A stretch of DNA of 64,000 bases. Origin: Felis catus (taxonomy: Eukaryota). The notes under the pieces are model-generated. The model made no database searches and had not been told where the DNA came from. It worked only from the letters and a program-made list of their open reading frames with translations. Made by a program: the position numbers and the translations under genes. Numbering within the stretch: the first letter of the stretch is position 1; each line of letters begins with the position of its first letter. The DNA is taken from assembly GCF_018350175.1 (NCBI RefSeq), contig NC_058368.1, positions 23,748,001 through 23,812,000 of the forward strand. The letters run 5' to 3'. Below, piece after piece: positions 24,638-37,790 of this stretch.

Positions 24638-24689
24638 GAGAACAGTCTCAGATCTACTCTGTTACTCTTCTACAGACTAGTTATAACCC

Positions 24690-25340
24690 TTGGTTAATCT
24701 CGTTATTGGTTGCTTTTATAGTAGTTACAGGTATAGACATTATATAGGTATATATGTTATAATAAACATTTGTAACTTATCATAGAATATAAAAACTATC
24801 CAGGGGCACCTGGGTGGCTCAGTCGGTTTAGACTCTGACTTCAGCTCAGGTCACGATCTGACAGTTTGTGAGTATGAGCCACGTATGGGGCTCTGTGCTG
24901 ACAGTGCAGAGACTGCTTGGGATTCTCTCTCTCTCTCCCTCTCTCGGTCCCTCCTCCATTCGTGCACGTGCATGCTGTGTCTCTCTCTAAGATAATTAAA
25001 TAAACTTAAAAAAATTAAAAACAGAACTATCCAAAAGTATAATCCCATTTATCCTATTCCTTGTGTTATTATAGATTTCTACTTATGTTCTAAATTCCCA
25101 AACTGTTTTGGTTAGTTTTGGTTTAAGCACTCTATAGATTTTAAAAGAAATTGTGAAGAAATTTAAAAACATTACCCATATATTTACCAAACCCAGTGCT
25201 CATCCTCCCTTCTTACAGATGTGAGTTTCCATTTGCCATCGCCCACTTGAAGAATCTGCTTTTGCGTTTCTTGTACTGCAGATCTGCTGGCAACAAATTT
25301 CCTCAGGTTTTATTTGTCTGAAAATCTTTTTTCTTGTCTT
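24690..25340 (-). mobile_element. Old L1 fragment (L1MC/L1ME-like)
   Basis: 'tttcttgtactgcagatctgctggcaacaaatttcctcaggttttatttgtctgaaaatc', related to 63940-64000. Confidence 0.55.
24803..25022 (+). mobile_element. CAN-SINE
   Basis: ggggcacctgggtggctcagtcggtt start; TSD core aactatcca on both sides. Confidence 0.92.
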
Positions 25341-25659
25341 CATCCTGGCCATCTAGGTCTCCAATCCCCTTTCAGATTTCATGGCACAATGGAACCACTC
25401 TACATTTTGTGATTCGTTGTGTATGGAGAGTCTGTAAGGGGAGAATTGAGTGGCTCTCTGAGCTTCTGAGCTCATGGAACCAACAAAAACCTGGAACCCT
25501 TGCTGGGCCAGAACAGTGGGGCAGGGAAAAAAGATGCGAGCGAAAGCAAGAGATTTGATTTTGAGGTGACAGAGCAACATTAGATATAGACAATTACATA
25601 AAGTGAAACCAAGGAATATTTCAAGTCAAAAGAGTCTGTCCATAAATTAAATGGGAACA

Positions 25660-25850
25660 ACTCATGTAAAAGAGCATAGGCTTTAGAGTCAGAACCAATT
25701 TCAAACCAGCCCAGTCATTTACCAGCTATGTGTGAGATTAAGCAAGTTTTCTAATTTTCTTCAACCTGATAATAGTTTGTAAAAATGGGTGCAATCCACA
25801 GCATGGTATTGCTGCAAAAGTAATTTGTTACACTTGTTACAGTACCTGCG
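25660..25850 (+). mobile_element. MIR SINE
   Basis: 'aaagagcataggctttagagtcaga...catttaccagctatgtgtgagattaagcaagtt'. Confidence 0.6.
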
Positions 25851-26009
25851 ACTACAGACCCAGTCGATTTCTGTCCTCTTCTAGAAGATCAAAACTGAAT
25901 TCTGATTCAGATTGAAAATGTATTGTTTTGCTTGAAATCTCGAGAAGCCATTGGCTATCTTGTGTTGAGAATGACATATTCCTACTCCTCAATATAAAAT
26001 AGAGAGCAG

Positions 26010-26465
26010 AGTTAACACTGTTGAGTCAGTATTGATCAGGGTCCTGAGAGAAAAGAGAGATTTTAACGACTAGCTGAAGAGGTATGGACAGTGGTAAGGG
26101 GATAATAGCAGAGGTTGAAGCACCAGAGACCAACAACTCTAAGAAACCATTGTCAACTTAAGGCTTATGGGATAGTGGGAAGAAATACTGTTCCTGAAGC
26201 CCAGTGGGAACCAGAACGGTAAAGGAAGTTTTGCCCAGCAGATGCTGCTCAGAGAGGGACACAGAAATGATAAGGTGGGTCCGACTGGAAGAAAAATACT
26301 CCAAACACTCTTCCCTCCCAATCTCTGGTCACCGAGCAATATTTTTATTTCAATGAATTAAACCAGAAGCCAGAAAGAAAGGGAGTTGGTAAGAATAAGC
26401 CTGCTGGGGGAAGAGAACATATCTGGGGGCAGAGCAAATGTGTAAACAACCCACATAGTCACCAC
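26010..26465. mobile_element. Old MaLR/ERVL LTR relic
   Basis: 'tgagtcagtattgatcagggtcctgagag' and 'aattaaaccagaagccagaaagaaagggag' resemble old LTR consensus text. Confidence 0.35.
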
Positions 26466-26899
26466 AGAAAAATGTACCAAGGAGGGGAGACTAGCTCCTA
26501 GTGCAGATAATGTGTGCCTCCCACTGTGAGGGTCTCACTCTCACTTTTGAGTGCCGTGAGTTCTGAGAAGTCAGACTTACTGAAAGAACTTACTCCATCT
26601 GCTAAAACTAGGATGCTGCTCCCTGGCTCAAAAGTAACCCTTTCTGTGGAAAACATCAACTCTCATCAGAGTTACCCACCTGCTCAAAGTATGAGCCTAG
26701 GTCTATGAAGCTTTCCTCACCTGGATTCCTGTCATCTCAAAATTAATGATGTAACTCCTACTATCCCTTTCAAGAGATTTCTTTGTACCAAAATCCAAAT
26801 TCTCAGCAGGGAAGGAACCCTTTTTGCGCATCTCACAATGTTGGAAACATGGAATGATTCTTTCCTCTTCTCTGAGTCAGTTTCCATCGCTGGGAATTG

Positions 26900-27190
26900 G
26901 GACACATGAATTTACTGTTGTCACTTCCTGACTACTTCTACTCATTCTTCAAGTCTGGCTTTGACATCACCTCTTCTAGGTGGGTAAGATGCCTGTCCAG
27001 TATACTCCCCCAAATACCCTATACTTCTCTGCATATCACTTACTGCTTAGATTAGATATGGTCTGTTTTCTTGTCAGTATCCATTCCGTGGGCTCTAAGT
27101 GTTTAAGGAATGAGACAATGACTCCTCAGGAGTTTGCACAGTGTGTGACACTTAGTCAGTGAAAAGAATTTATGGAATCAACGAATAAAG
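26900..27190 (+). mobile_element. L2 3' end
   Basis: 'ctactcattcttcaagtctggctttgacatcacctcttctagg' through tail 'aatttatggaatcaacgaataa'. Confidence 0.55.
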
Positions 27191-27769
27191 GGATATGTCA
27201 ATGAACAGGAACCATAGTGTAGCTGTGCCTGTTTGATGCAGGTGCACATGAATACACCTGTGTTGTCACAACTCTTCTGGGTCTTATCTCTAAAATGAAC
27301 AAAGTTACTCTGATCTTTAAGAGCCTTTTAAGAATTAGATATCTGTGTTTTATGAAAAATTAGGTATCTGTGTTTTATGAAAAATAACAAATATGGCAAT
27401 AGTTATTGATTTCTTTTGAGAAGAAGGATGGGATTTTTATTTTCATGAGAAATAAAGAGGTTGGCATGCAGGTGTCACAGCACATCAAATGTTGCTTTCC
27501 CTTACACCCCTGAGGATCCACTAGGTTGAGAGCAAAGTACAGTAATTGTTCACATTAGCCCTGAGTATAATGATACCAGAATTACTGACTTTTGAAGAAC
27601 TCATATCATCATGCTTTATCATGCACTTAAGAGAGTCAAATTCTTCAGATCATTTTGATACCCCTAAACACACTGTAAAGTACTGAAAGTAAGGAGAGGA
27701 TACAAGAAATACGAGGGCCAAGGATTACCTTGGAAGTAAGAAGCTCTGTGGGAGGAAATATAGAAAACA

Positions 27770-28000
27770 GAGCATGGTGTGATTTAAAGTCCAGAGCAGG
27801 GTTTCAGAGTTAGCTAGAGATGGGCTGACAGCCTTAGAGGCACAGCCTCTTATGAGCTATGTAATCCTGAACAAGACAGTTAATCTCTCTCAACCTATGA
27901 AACAGAAATCAGAATTCTTAGAAATGCCATGAATATTAAGTGGGATATAAAATATAAGGAAGCCAGGACATACTAAGTATTAAATGAATGATAACTACTG
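27770..28000 (+). mobile_element. MIR SINE
   Basis: 'agcatggtgtgatttaaag...gagctatgtaatcctgaacaagacagttaatctctct'. Confidence 0.5.
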
Positions 28001-28352
28001 GTATTAGTATAGGGACAAGCGATCATAGAGTCATGGGTTATAAGAACTCATGTAAATTGTCTAGTTAACATAGTGAATTTAAATAAAATGTCCATAATAT
28101 TAGTCTTATTACTGATAGCGTTTATGCAATGATTTCTTCCATTAGTAATAATGCTTTACATACGAAGGCTGAAATATCATTCCAGTGTACAACGCAAATG
28201 AGATGTTCCAAAGCTTTCATGCTAAGATTTACTGAACCAATTACTTGGATCAGTCTTTTCTTGGGTACAGATATATATTGGATTTGATTCCTTTCAAATG
28301 CTCAAAACAATTTTCTAATTGTCTATTGACCTTAGAAAACAACTAACAGTAC

Positions 28353-28540
28353 GGGGCACCGGGGTGCCTCAGTCGGTTGAGCGTCCAACTTCAGCTTAGG
28401 TCATGATCTCACGGTCCGTGAGTTCAAGACCCACGTTGGGCTCTGTGCTGACAGCTCAGAGCCTGGAGCCTGCTTCAGATTCTGTGTCTCCCTCTCTCTC
28501 TGCCCTTACCCCCTCATGCTCTGTCTCCCTCTCCCCCTCT

Positions 28541-28587
<47 letters not shown>

Positions 28588-28620
28588 AAAAATAAATAAA
28601 CATTAAAAAAAATTTTTTAA
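28353..28620 (+). mobile_element. CAN-SINE with expanded (CT)n
   Basis: SINE body, long (CT)n ~28545-28585; TSD agaaaacaact(a/g)acagta at 28334-28351 and 28621-28638. Confidence 0.95.
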
Positions 28621-29289
28621 AGAAAACAACTGACAGTAACTTGATAAACTATTTAAATTACATGGATTTTTTGGCTACATAACCTTCAGGTATGGCAATC
28701 TGTATATCTAAACATTTTGCGTGTTTTCTGCCTCTAGCACCTAGCTATTTCAACAAGGCCTTAATTACTTTGCAGTTTTCCTCAAATCTTATTTTCTTCT
28801 GCCTAGAACAGATTTTGAAAAAGGATTTCCACAGAAATTAATAAATGTTCATTGGATATAATTAGTGAGCATTCATTATGCAAGAGAAGAGTCACCAGCA
28901 ATGTCGGGAGCCGATAAAAGCAGGTCACCAGAGAAATAGTCCCTTCTTCCTACGGAATCTGTTCACACTAGCTATCAGTACACAACACAGTGTTCTTGTT
29001 TAGTCTAAAAGTTACTACATCATTTAATTTGGTTTCCCTGCTGTATGAAAACAAGTTTGGACCTCTTCAGATGACAATAAATATAGATGGCAACTGTGTT
29101 TAAGTAAATCACAAATGGAATAAATATTGAGAGACTGTTCTGTGCTAGGTACTCTAAAGGAATCAAGATGAATAAGGCATGGAAGTAAACTTTTCTTCAA
29201 AGGGCTTACTTTCTAACAGGGGAAAAAAATCACATACAAAATACTGTAACACAAAAAATGAAGTGAAAAACAATAAAAATAAGAACTGA

Positions 29290-29790
29290 GATTTAGTTAG
29301 TGACTACATTGTGCCAAGCATTGTAGTTTATAAAATATGGTTTATAAATTCTATTAAAAAAAATTATAGGGGCGCCTGGGTGGCGCAGTCGGTTAAGCGT
29401 CTGACTTCAGCCAGGTCACGATCTCGCGGTCCATGAGTTTGAGCCCCGCGTCGGGCTCTGGGCTGATGGCTCAGAGCCTGGAGCCTGTTTCCGATTCTGT
29501 GTCTCCCTCTCTCTCTGCCCCTCCCTGTTCATGCTCTGTCTCTGTCTGTCCTAAGAAAAATAAATAAACGTTGAAAAAAAATTTTAAAAAAAATTATAGG
29601 CCCTATATCAGGTGATCTTATGATCACCCTGTGATAAAGTCACTGACACTCCTTTTGTTTTACAGGTGGGGAAACTGAGGCACAGAGAAGTTAAGTATCA
29701 TGCTTAAGGTTACTAGGTTAGTAAGTTCTAAGCCTAGAATTTGAATTCTGGTAGACCACTAAGCCTATGCTCTTAAACAGTATTTTTAAA
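29290..29790 (-). mobile_element. MIR SINE split by a young SINE
   Basis: Reverse MIR core 'ttttacaggtggggaaactgaggcacagagaagttaagt' at ~29658-29697. Confidence 0.7.
29369..29583 (+). mobile_element. Young feline SINE (SINEC_Fc-like)
   Basis: Near-identical to 16796-17018; TSD ttaaaaaaaattata at 29354-29368 and 29584-29598. Confidence 0.96.
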
Positions 29791-30047
29791 TATAATACCT
29801 TAATTTAGAGACAGAACAAGTGCCAAGGGAATGGAGAGTATGGAGAAATTATTTTCAGATGTACGTCAGCATCTTCATCTGTAAAATGGGGATAACCATG
29901 ATGCCTACTTCATATGAATGTTATAAGATTAACCAAGACAATAACTGTAAACTACTTCAACATGAGGGTGAAGTTCACGCCTGAGCCATGTAGGATCCCC
30001 CCTACCCAACTACAGAGTAGGTTTCAACCTTCTAGCACCTGGCTGAA

Positions 30048-30278
30048 CAGGTTTTCTCAACTAGAGTCACTTGTGCCACCCTAGACAAAGACTCACCCTG
30101 AGGACTAAGTGTGTTAGGACCCAGTTGGACACAAATCACATTTCAGGGACAGTGGAGGGAGTTTATACTGTCCTAGGCATATATCCAAGAGAGCACTCCA
30201 TGATATTAGCTATTATTGGTGTGCCAACTCCAGTGCACCATCTGAGATGGACTATAGACACCTAAATTAAAAACAGTG
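30048..30278. mobile_element. Possible decayed hAT-Charlie MITE
   Basis: Ends 'caggttttctcaa' and 'ttaaaaacagtg' resemble hAT terminal inverted repeats; interior not recognised. Confidence 0.3.
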
Positions 30279-31219
30279 TTCTGAAGAATTCTGGAAGCTT
30301 TCTCACCTCTGAGTTGGAGAGTTTCGAGGGGAAACTTTAAAAATGCCATTGAGATTTGTACATCAAATTAAGTTGCTCCAGACATAGATTTTCAAATGAA
30401 AAAAAAATCTTTCTCAAAGCCTTTTTTCAATAACAGGAAATATAAATAAAAGTGAATAGATGAGATTCCCTTGGAGAATAATAACTATAGAGTGGAATGC
30501 CAGGATACAGATGTTAAAAGATCAATCTTCTCAAACCATGATATATGTCATTTTTCTGGGGTAATCCTGTTCTGTTCAATAAGATACTGTGAAATTATTA
30601 ACATGGGGGAAATGTCAATACTGTTGGATACTACTATATTAGAGAAAGTCACAAAATCTAACATTGGGATTTAAAATAATCTCAACACTTAGCTGTGAAA
30701 TCAAGTAGAAGCTACAAAAGTATGAAAGGAGTAATTATTTCAGGAACTCAAAAGAAAGTTAAAATTCTCTGACTGCAATTTTTCTAGAAGAGACCAGATT
30801 TTAAGAAAACCATAAAAATTAAAGATGTTTTTCTAACCAGTGCATTAGCTGGTGTTCTACAATTACCCTAAAGTATAACCTTTCCTTAACTCACTGAAGA
30901 CTGGGAATGTGATGGTCTGTTCACACTATGATCCCTATATCTGTATCATGCATTTGGTGGTATTTTTAGTCTCTTAGTATCAACACAAAATTACAGAACC
31001 AGCTTTGAAATCTGATAGACTGCTTCGCATACACAGACACACACACATACACTATTGCTTCAAAACAGAAAATTAGGATTAAATCATATATCAAAATCTT
31101 ATTATGTTTAGTTTTATTGTGTCTTCCAAAAGAATATACTACATAACTTCAAAATTAACATTTTTGATGATGATGTTAATAAGTAGGCTAAATAATAATC
31201 CCTTAAAGATGTTCATTTT

Positions 31220-31384
31220 AAAAATGTTTACTTATTTATTTTGAGAGGGGTCAGAGAGAGAATCCAAGGCAGAATAAGTGCTCAGTGTGGAGCCTGATGC
31301 AGGGGTGGATCTCAAGACAGTAAGATCAAGACATGAACTGAAATCAAGAGTTGGACACAACTGACTGAGCCAGCCAGGTGCCTC
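31220..31384 (-). mobile_element. CAN-SINE (older, diverged)
   Basis: SINE body reversed; TSD taaagatgt(t/c)catttt at 31204-31219 and 31385-31400. Confidence 0.9.
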
Positions 31385-32355
31385 TAAAGATGTCCATTTT
31401 GGAAGTAGATGGAAGATGGCAGTGTAGGAGAACGCTGGGCTCACCTCGTCCTGCTGATTGCTTAGATTCCACCCACATCTGCCTAAATAACCCAGAAAAC
31501 TGCCAGAAGACTAGCAGAACTGACTTTCCAGAGCCAAGCATAGACAAAAGGCCCATGGAAGAGGGTATCAAGGATGGAGAAGTGGTGCATGCTGCACAGA
31601 CTGGTGGGAGGGAGCTGGGGGGGAGAGATGGGGGGGGTGGAGGGGCAGCCTGCCCAGCAAGGCAGAGCCCCCAAAGCCTGGCTTGCAAAAGCAGAGGGGC
31701 CAGACTCCCTGAGTTCTGACAGCCAGCGGAACTTAACATCTGGAACGTTAAAAGTCAACAGCTCTGCTCTCGGAGAGCAAGGAGGGTGAGAGGACACCAG
31801 GAGGGAGAGTAGTTGAGCCCCAGAAGACAGAGCTCAGCATCGTGGGGGAACAAAGGTGCTGGCACGTGCCATCTCCCTCTCCCATCCCCCAGCTGATATC
31901 CCAAAGGGAACCAGTTCCCTTCACCAAACTTGCTTGCACCCACGAAAGCCCAACACTGTGTTTCTGTGCATCCATCCCTCCAACGGGTCTGCCTCCCTCC
32001 CGTTGCCACAGGGCCCCTCCCGAAGCTGACCACCAAAGGCAAAGCGAGCTGAGTCTGCCCCTCCTGCCCTTGTGCACCTTGCGGATCCACCCCGGCTAAT
32101 ACGCCAGATCTCATTGAAGCAGCACCACAAGCCTGGCAGTGTGCTAGTAGGCCAGACAGGGGCCACACCACTCCACAGTGAGTCCTGCCCCTGGGAGAGG
32201 GGAAGATAAGGTACACACCAGTCTGACTGTGGCCCCAGTGGTGGGCTGCGGGCAGACATAGGGTCTGACTGCGGCCACACCCACCAGCACAAGTTACTCC
32301 TGACAGCACAGGGGAAGTGCCCTGCAGTTTGGAGCCACTGCAGGGACTCCCCAAA

Positions 32356-33230
32356 ATGATGAAATGGAAGAACTCCCCTCAAAAGAAACTCCAGGAAGTA
32401 GCAACAGCTAACAAACTGATCAAAAACGATTTAAGCAATATAATGGAACAAGAATTTAGAATAATAGTCATAAAATTAATCGCTGGGCTTGAAAAAAAGT
32501 ATAGAGGACAGCAGAGAATCTATTGCTACAGAGATCAAGGGACTAAGAAGTAGTCATGAGGAGCTAAAAAATGCTATAAATGAGGTACAAAATAAAATGG
32601 AGGCGGCCATAGCATGGACTGAAGAGGCAGAGGAGAGAATAGGTGAATTAGAAGATAAAATTATGGAAAGAGGAAGCTGAGAAAAAGAGAGATAAAAAAA
32701 AATCCAGGAGTATGAGGGGACAATTAGAGAACTAAGTGAAGCAATCAAACAGAACAATATCCATATCATTGGAATTCCAGAAGAGGAAGAGAGAGAAAGG
32801 GGCTGAAGGTGTACTTGAACAAATCATAGCTGAGAACTTTCCTGATCTGGGGAAGGAAACAGGCATTGAAATCCAAGAGGAACAGAGAACTCTCTTCAGA
32901 TGTAACTTGAATCGATATTCTGCACAATATATCATAGTGAAACCGGCAAAATACAAAGATAAAGATAAAATTCTGAAATCAGGCTCTAACTTACAAAGGT
33001 AGACCCATAAGAGTAGTAGCAGACCTATCTACTGAAACTTGGCAGGCCAGAAAGGAATGGCAGGAAATCTTCAATGTGATGAACAGAAAAGATAGGCAGC
33101 TGAGAATCCTTTATCCAGCAAGTCTGTCATTCAGAATAGGAGATAAAGGTTTTCCCAAACAAACAAAAACTGAAGGAATTCATCACCACTAAACTAGCCC
33201 TAGAAGAGATCCTCAGGGGGATTCTGTGTG
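32356..33230 (+). pseudogene. L1 ORF1 (disrupted)
   Basis: Fragments MMKWKNSPQKK..., ...EEAEERIGELEDK, ...EQIIAENFPDLGKE in different frames. Confidence 0.9.
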
Positions 33231-33297
33231 TGAAATGTTGCAAGGACCACAAAGTACGAGAGACATCACTACAAGCATGAACCCTACAGACATCACA

Positions 33298-36200
33298 ATG
33301 ACTCTAAACCCATATCTTTCAAAGGTAAAACTGAATGTAAATGGACTAAATACTCCAACCAAAAGAGATAGGGTATCAGAATGGATAAAAACATAAGACC
33401 CATCTATTTGCTATCTACAAGAGACTCATTTTAGACCTGAAGTCACCTTCAGATTGAAAGTCAGGGGATGGAGGGGCACCTGGGTGGCTCAGTTAAGTGT
33501 CCGACTTTGGTTCAGGTCATGATCTTGAAGTTTGTGAGTTTGAACCCTGCATTGGGCTCTGTGCTGACAGCTCAGAGCCTGGAGTCTGCTTCAGATTCTG
33601 TGTCACCTTCTCTCTCTACCCCTCCCCCACTTTTGCTCTGTCTCTATCAAAAATAAATAAATGTAAAAAAAAAGAAAAAGAAAAAGAAAGTGAGGGGATG
33701 GAGAACTATCTATCATGCTACTGGAAGTCAAAAGAAAGCTGGAGTAGCCATACTTATATCAGACAAACTAGACTTTCAATTAAAGGCTGTAACAAGAGAT
33801 GAAGAAGGGCATTATATAATAATTATAGGGTCTATCCATCAGGAAGAGCTAACAATTATAAATGTGTATGTGCCGAATATGGGATCCCCCAAATATATAA
33901 AACAATTAATCACAAACATAAGCAACATTATGGATAAGAATGTGGTAATTGCAGGGGACTTTAATACTCCACTTACAGCAGTGGGTAAGATCATCTAGAC
34001 ACAGGATCAATAAAAAAACAAGGGCCCTGAATGATACATTGGATCAGATGGACTTGACAGATATATTTAGAACTCTGCACCCCAAAGCAACAGAATATGC
34101 TTTCTTCTCGAGTGCACATGGAACATTCTCCAAGATAGATCATATACTGGGTCACAAAACAGCCCTTCTTAAGTATAAAAGAATTGAGATCATACCATGC
34201 ACACTTTCGGACCACAATGCTATGAAACTTGAAATCAATCACAGGAAAAGCCTGGAAAACCTCCAAAAGCATGGAGGTTAAAGAACACCCTACAAAAGAA
34301 TGAATGGGTCAACCAGGCAATTAGAGAAGAAATTTAAAAAATATATGGAAACAAATGAAAATGTAAATACAACAATCCAAAGGCTTTGGGATGCAGTGAA
34401 GGCAGTCCTGAGAGGAAAATACATTGCAATCCAGGCCTATCTCAAGAAACAAGAAAAATCCCAAGTACAAAATCTAACAGCACACCTAAAGGAAATAGAA
34501 GCACAAGAGCAAAGACAACCCAAACCCAGCAGAAGAAGAGAAATAATAAAGATCAGAGCAGAAATAAACAATATAGAATCTAAAAACCTGCAGAGCAGAT
34601 CAATGATACCAAGAGTTGGTTTTTTGAAAAATTAAACAAAATTGATAAACCTCTAGCCAAGCTACTCAAAAAGAAAAGGAAGATAACCCAAATAGACAAA
34701 ATCATGAATGAAAATGGAATTATTACAACCAATCCCTCAGAAATACAAGCAATTATCAGGGAATACCATGAAAAATTATATGCCAACAAACTGGACAACC
34801 TGGAAGAAATGGAAGAATTCCTGAACACCCACACACTTCCAAAACTCAATCAGAAGGAAATAGAAAGCTTGAACAGACCCATAACCAGCGAAGAAATTGA
34901 ATCAGTTATCAAAAATCTCCCAACAAATAAGAGTCCAGGACCAGATGGCTTCCCTGGGGAATTCTACCAGACATTTAAACCAGAGATAATACCCATCCTT
35001 TTCAAGCTCTTCTAAAAAACAGAAAGGAAGGAAAACTTCCAGACTCATTCTATGAAGCCAGCATTACTTTGATTCCTAAACCAGACAGAGACCCAGCAAA
35101 AAAAGAGAACTATAGGCCAATATCCCTGATGAATACAGATACAAAAATTCTCAATAAGATACTAGCAAATCGAATTCAACAGCATATAAAAAGAATTATT
35201 CACCATGATCAAGTGGGATTCATTCCTGGGATGCAGGGCTAGTTCAACATTCGGAAATCAATGTGATACATCACATTAAGAAAAGAAACGATAAGAACCA
35301 TATGATACTGTCAATGATGCAGAAAAAGCATTTGACAAAATTCAGCATTTTTTCTTAATAAAAACCCTTGAGAAAGTTGGGATAGAAGGAACATACTAAA
35401 ACATCATAAAAACCATTTATGAAAAGCCCACAGCTAATATCATCCTTAATGGGGAAAAACTGAGAGTGGTGCCCCTGAGATCAGGAATACAACAGGGATG
35501 TCCACTCTCACTGCTGCTGTTTAACATAGTGTTGGAAGTTCTAGCACCAGCAATCAGACAACAAAAGGAAATCAAAGGCATCAAAATTGACAAAGATGAA
35601 GTCAAGCTTTCACTTTTTGCAGATGACATGATATTATACATGGAAAACCCAATAGACTCCACCAAAGGTCTGCTAGAACTGATACATGAATTCAGCAAAG
35701 TCACAGTATACAAAATTAATGTACAGAAATCAGGTACATTCTTATACACTAATAGTGAAGCAACAGAAAGACAAATAAAGATACTGACCCCATTCACAAT
35801 TGCACCAAGAATCATAAAATACCTAGGAATAAACCTAACCAAAGATGTAAAAGATCTGTATGCTGAAAACTATAGAAAGTGTATGAAGGAAATTGAAGAA
35901 GATAGAAAGAAATGGAAAAACATCCCATGCTCATGAATTGGAAGAATAAACATTGTTAAAATGTCAATACTACGCAAAGCAATCTACACATTCAAGGCAA
36001 CCCCAGTCAAAACTGCACCAGCATTCTTCTCAAAACTAGAACAAACAATCCTAAAATTTGTATGGAACCACCAAAGACCCCGAATAGCCAAAGTAATATT
36101 GAAGAAGAAGACCAAAGCGGGAGGCATCACAATCCCAGACTTCAGCCTCTACTGCAAAGCTGTAATCATCAAGACAACATGGTATTGGCACAAAAACAGA

Positions 36201-37344
36201 CACATAGACCAATGGAATAGAATAGAGACTCCAGAATTGGACCCACAAACGTATGGCCAACTAATCTTTGGCAAATCAGGAAAGAACATCCAATAGAAAA
36301 AAGACAGTCTCTTTAACAAATGGTGCGGGGAGAACTGGACAGCAACATGCAGAAGAATCAAACTAGACCACTTTCTTACACCATTCACAAAAACAAACTC
36401 AAAGTGGATAAAGGACCTGAATTTGAGACAGGAAACCATCAATACCCTAGAGGAGAAAGCAGGAAAAGACCTCTCTGACCTCAGCTGCAGCAATTTCTTA
36501 CTTGACACATCTCCAAAGGCAAGGGAATTAAAAGAAAAACTGATCTATTGGGACCTCAACAAGATAAAAAGCTTCTGCACAGCAAAGGAAACAATCAACA
36601 AGACTAAAAGGCAACCGACAGAATGGGAAAAGATATTTGCAAATGACATATCAGACAAAGGGCTAGTATCCAAAATCTATAAAGAACTCACCAAACTCCA
36701 CACACGAAAAACAAATAATCCAGTGAAGAAATGGGCAGAAAACATGAATAGACACTTCTCTAAAGAAGACATCTGGATGGCCAACAGGCACATGAAAAGA
36801 TGCTCAACGTCGCTCCTCATCAGGGAAATACAAATCAAAACCACACTGAGATAGGACCTCATTCCAGTCAGAGTGGCTAAAATGAGCAAATCAGGAGACT
36901 ATAGATGCTGGAGAAGATGTGGAGAAATGGCAACCCTCTTGCACTGTTGCTGAGAATGCAAACTGATGCAGCTGCTCTGGAATACAGTGTGGAGATTCCT
37001 CAAAAAATTAAAAATAGATCTACTCTATGACCCAGCAATAGCACTGCTAGGAATTTATCCAAGGAATACAGGAGTGCTGATGCATAGGGGCACTTGTACC
37101 CCAATGTGTATAGCAGCACTTTCAACAATAGCCAAATTATGGAAAGACCCTAAATGTCCATCAGTTAATGAATGGATAAAGAAGTTGTGGTTTATATATA
37201 CAATGGAATACTACTTGGTGATGAGAAAGAATGAAATATGGCCTTTTGTAGCAATGTGGATGAAACTGGAGAGTGTTCTGCTAAGTGAAATAAGTCATAC
37301 AGAGAAAGACAGATACCATGTTTTCACTCTTATGTGGATCCTGA
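33298..37344 (+). pseudogene. L1 ORF2 endonuclease/reverse transcriptase (disrupted by stops, frameshifts and a SINE)
   Basis: [46 protein letters not shown] (35613-35630) and YLGINL motifs in separate ORF fragments. Confidence 0.95.
33473..33685 (+). mobile_element. CAN-SINE inserted in the L1 endonuclease region
   Basis: 17-bp TSD gaaagt(c/g)aggggatgga at 33456-33472 and 33686-33702. Confidence 0.95.
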
Positions 37345-37567
37345 GAAACTATCAGAAGACCATGGGGGAGGGGAAGGGAAAAAAAAAGAAGTTAGTGAGG
37401 GAGGGAGCCAAACCATAAGAGACTCTTAAAAACAGAATAAACTGAGGGTTGATCTGGGGTGGGAGGGAGGGGATAGTGGATGATGGGCAGTGAGGAGGGC
37501 AACTGGGTGTTGTACGGAAACCAATTTGACAATAAATTTTATATTAAAAAATAAAGATGTCCATTTT

Positions 37568-37757
37568 TTAAAGAGTTTATTTATTTTGAGAGAGAAAGAC
37601 AGACAGGGCTAGGGGCAGAGAGAGAAAGGATTCCAAATAGGCTCTGCACTGTCAGCACACAGCCCAATGTGGGGCTCGAACTCACAAACTGTGAAATTAT
37701 AACCTGAGACGAAATCAAGAGTCAGACCCTTAACTAACTGAGCCACCCAGGCACCCC
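37568..37757 (-). mobile_element. CAN-SINE
   Basis: SINE body reversed; TSD aa(g/a)atgtccattt at 37554-37566 and 37758-37770. Confidence 0.92.
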
Positions 37758-37790
37758 AAAATGTCCATTTATGATTATACTATTAATTAG

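Larger units (their letters stand above)
23464..24680 (-). mobile_element. MER21-like solo LTR, split by a nested LTR
   Basis: Minus strand reads 'cctgctttcaaggttggcccttggcttgtcttggaacttggatttt'; plus strand starts 'tgtgttggaggtccccaagac'; remaining terminus 'aacagtctcagatctactctgttactcttctaca' resumes after 24640. Confidence 0.7.
31401..37551 (+). mobile_element. Full-length felid LINE-1, inactivated
   Basis: GC-rich 5' UTR starting ggaagtagatggaagatggc, ORF1, ORF2 (EN, RT, C-terminal Cys domain), 3' UTR, AATAAA; perfect 16-bp TSD taaagatgtccatttt at 31385-31400 and 37552-37567. Confidence 0.97.

Noticed and set aside
27336..27385. 25-bp tandem duplication (similar small ones at ~274-315 and ~2667-2694)
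   Set aside because: Ordinary two-copy slippage duplications with no spacer-repeat architecture, so not CRISPR-like.
31344..32382. Long antisense ORFs (up to 199 aa) in the L1 5' UTR, reminiscent of primate ORF0
   Set aside because: Expected in GC-rich UTR sequence; the longest starts at TTG, and no recognisable domain or other support exists.
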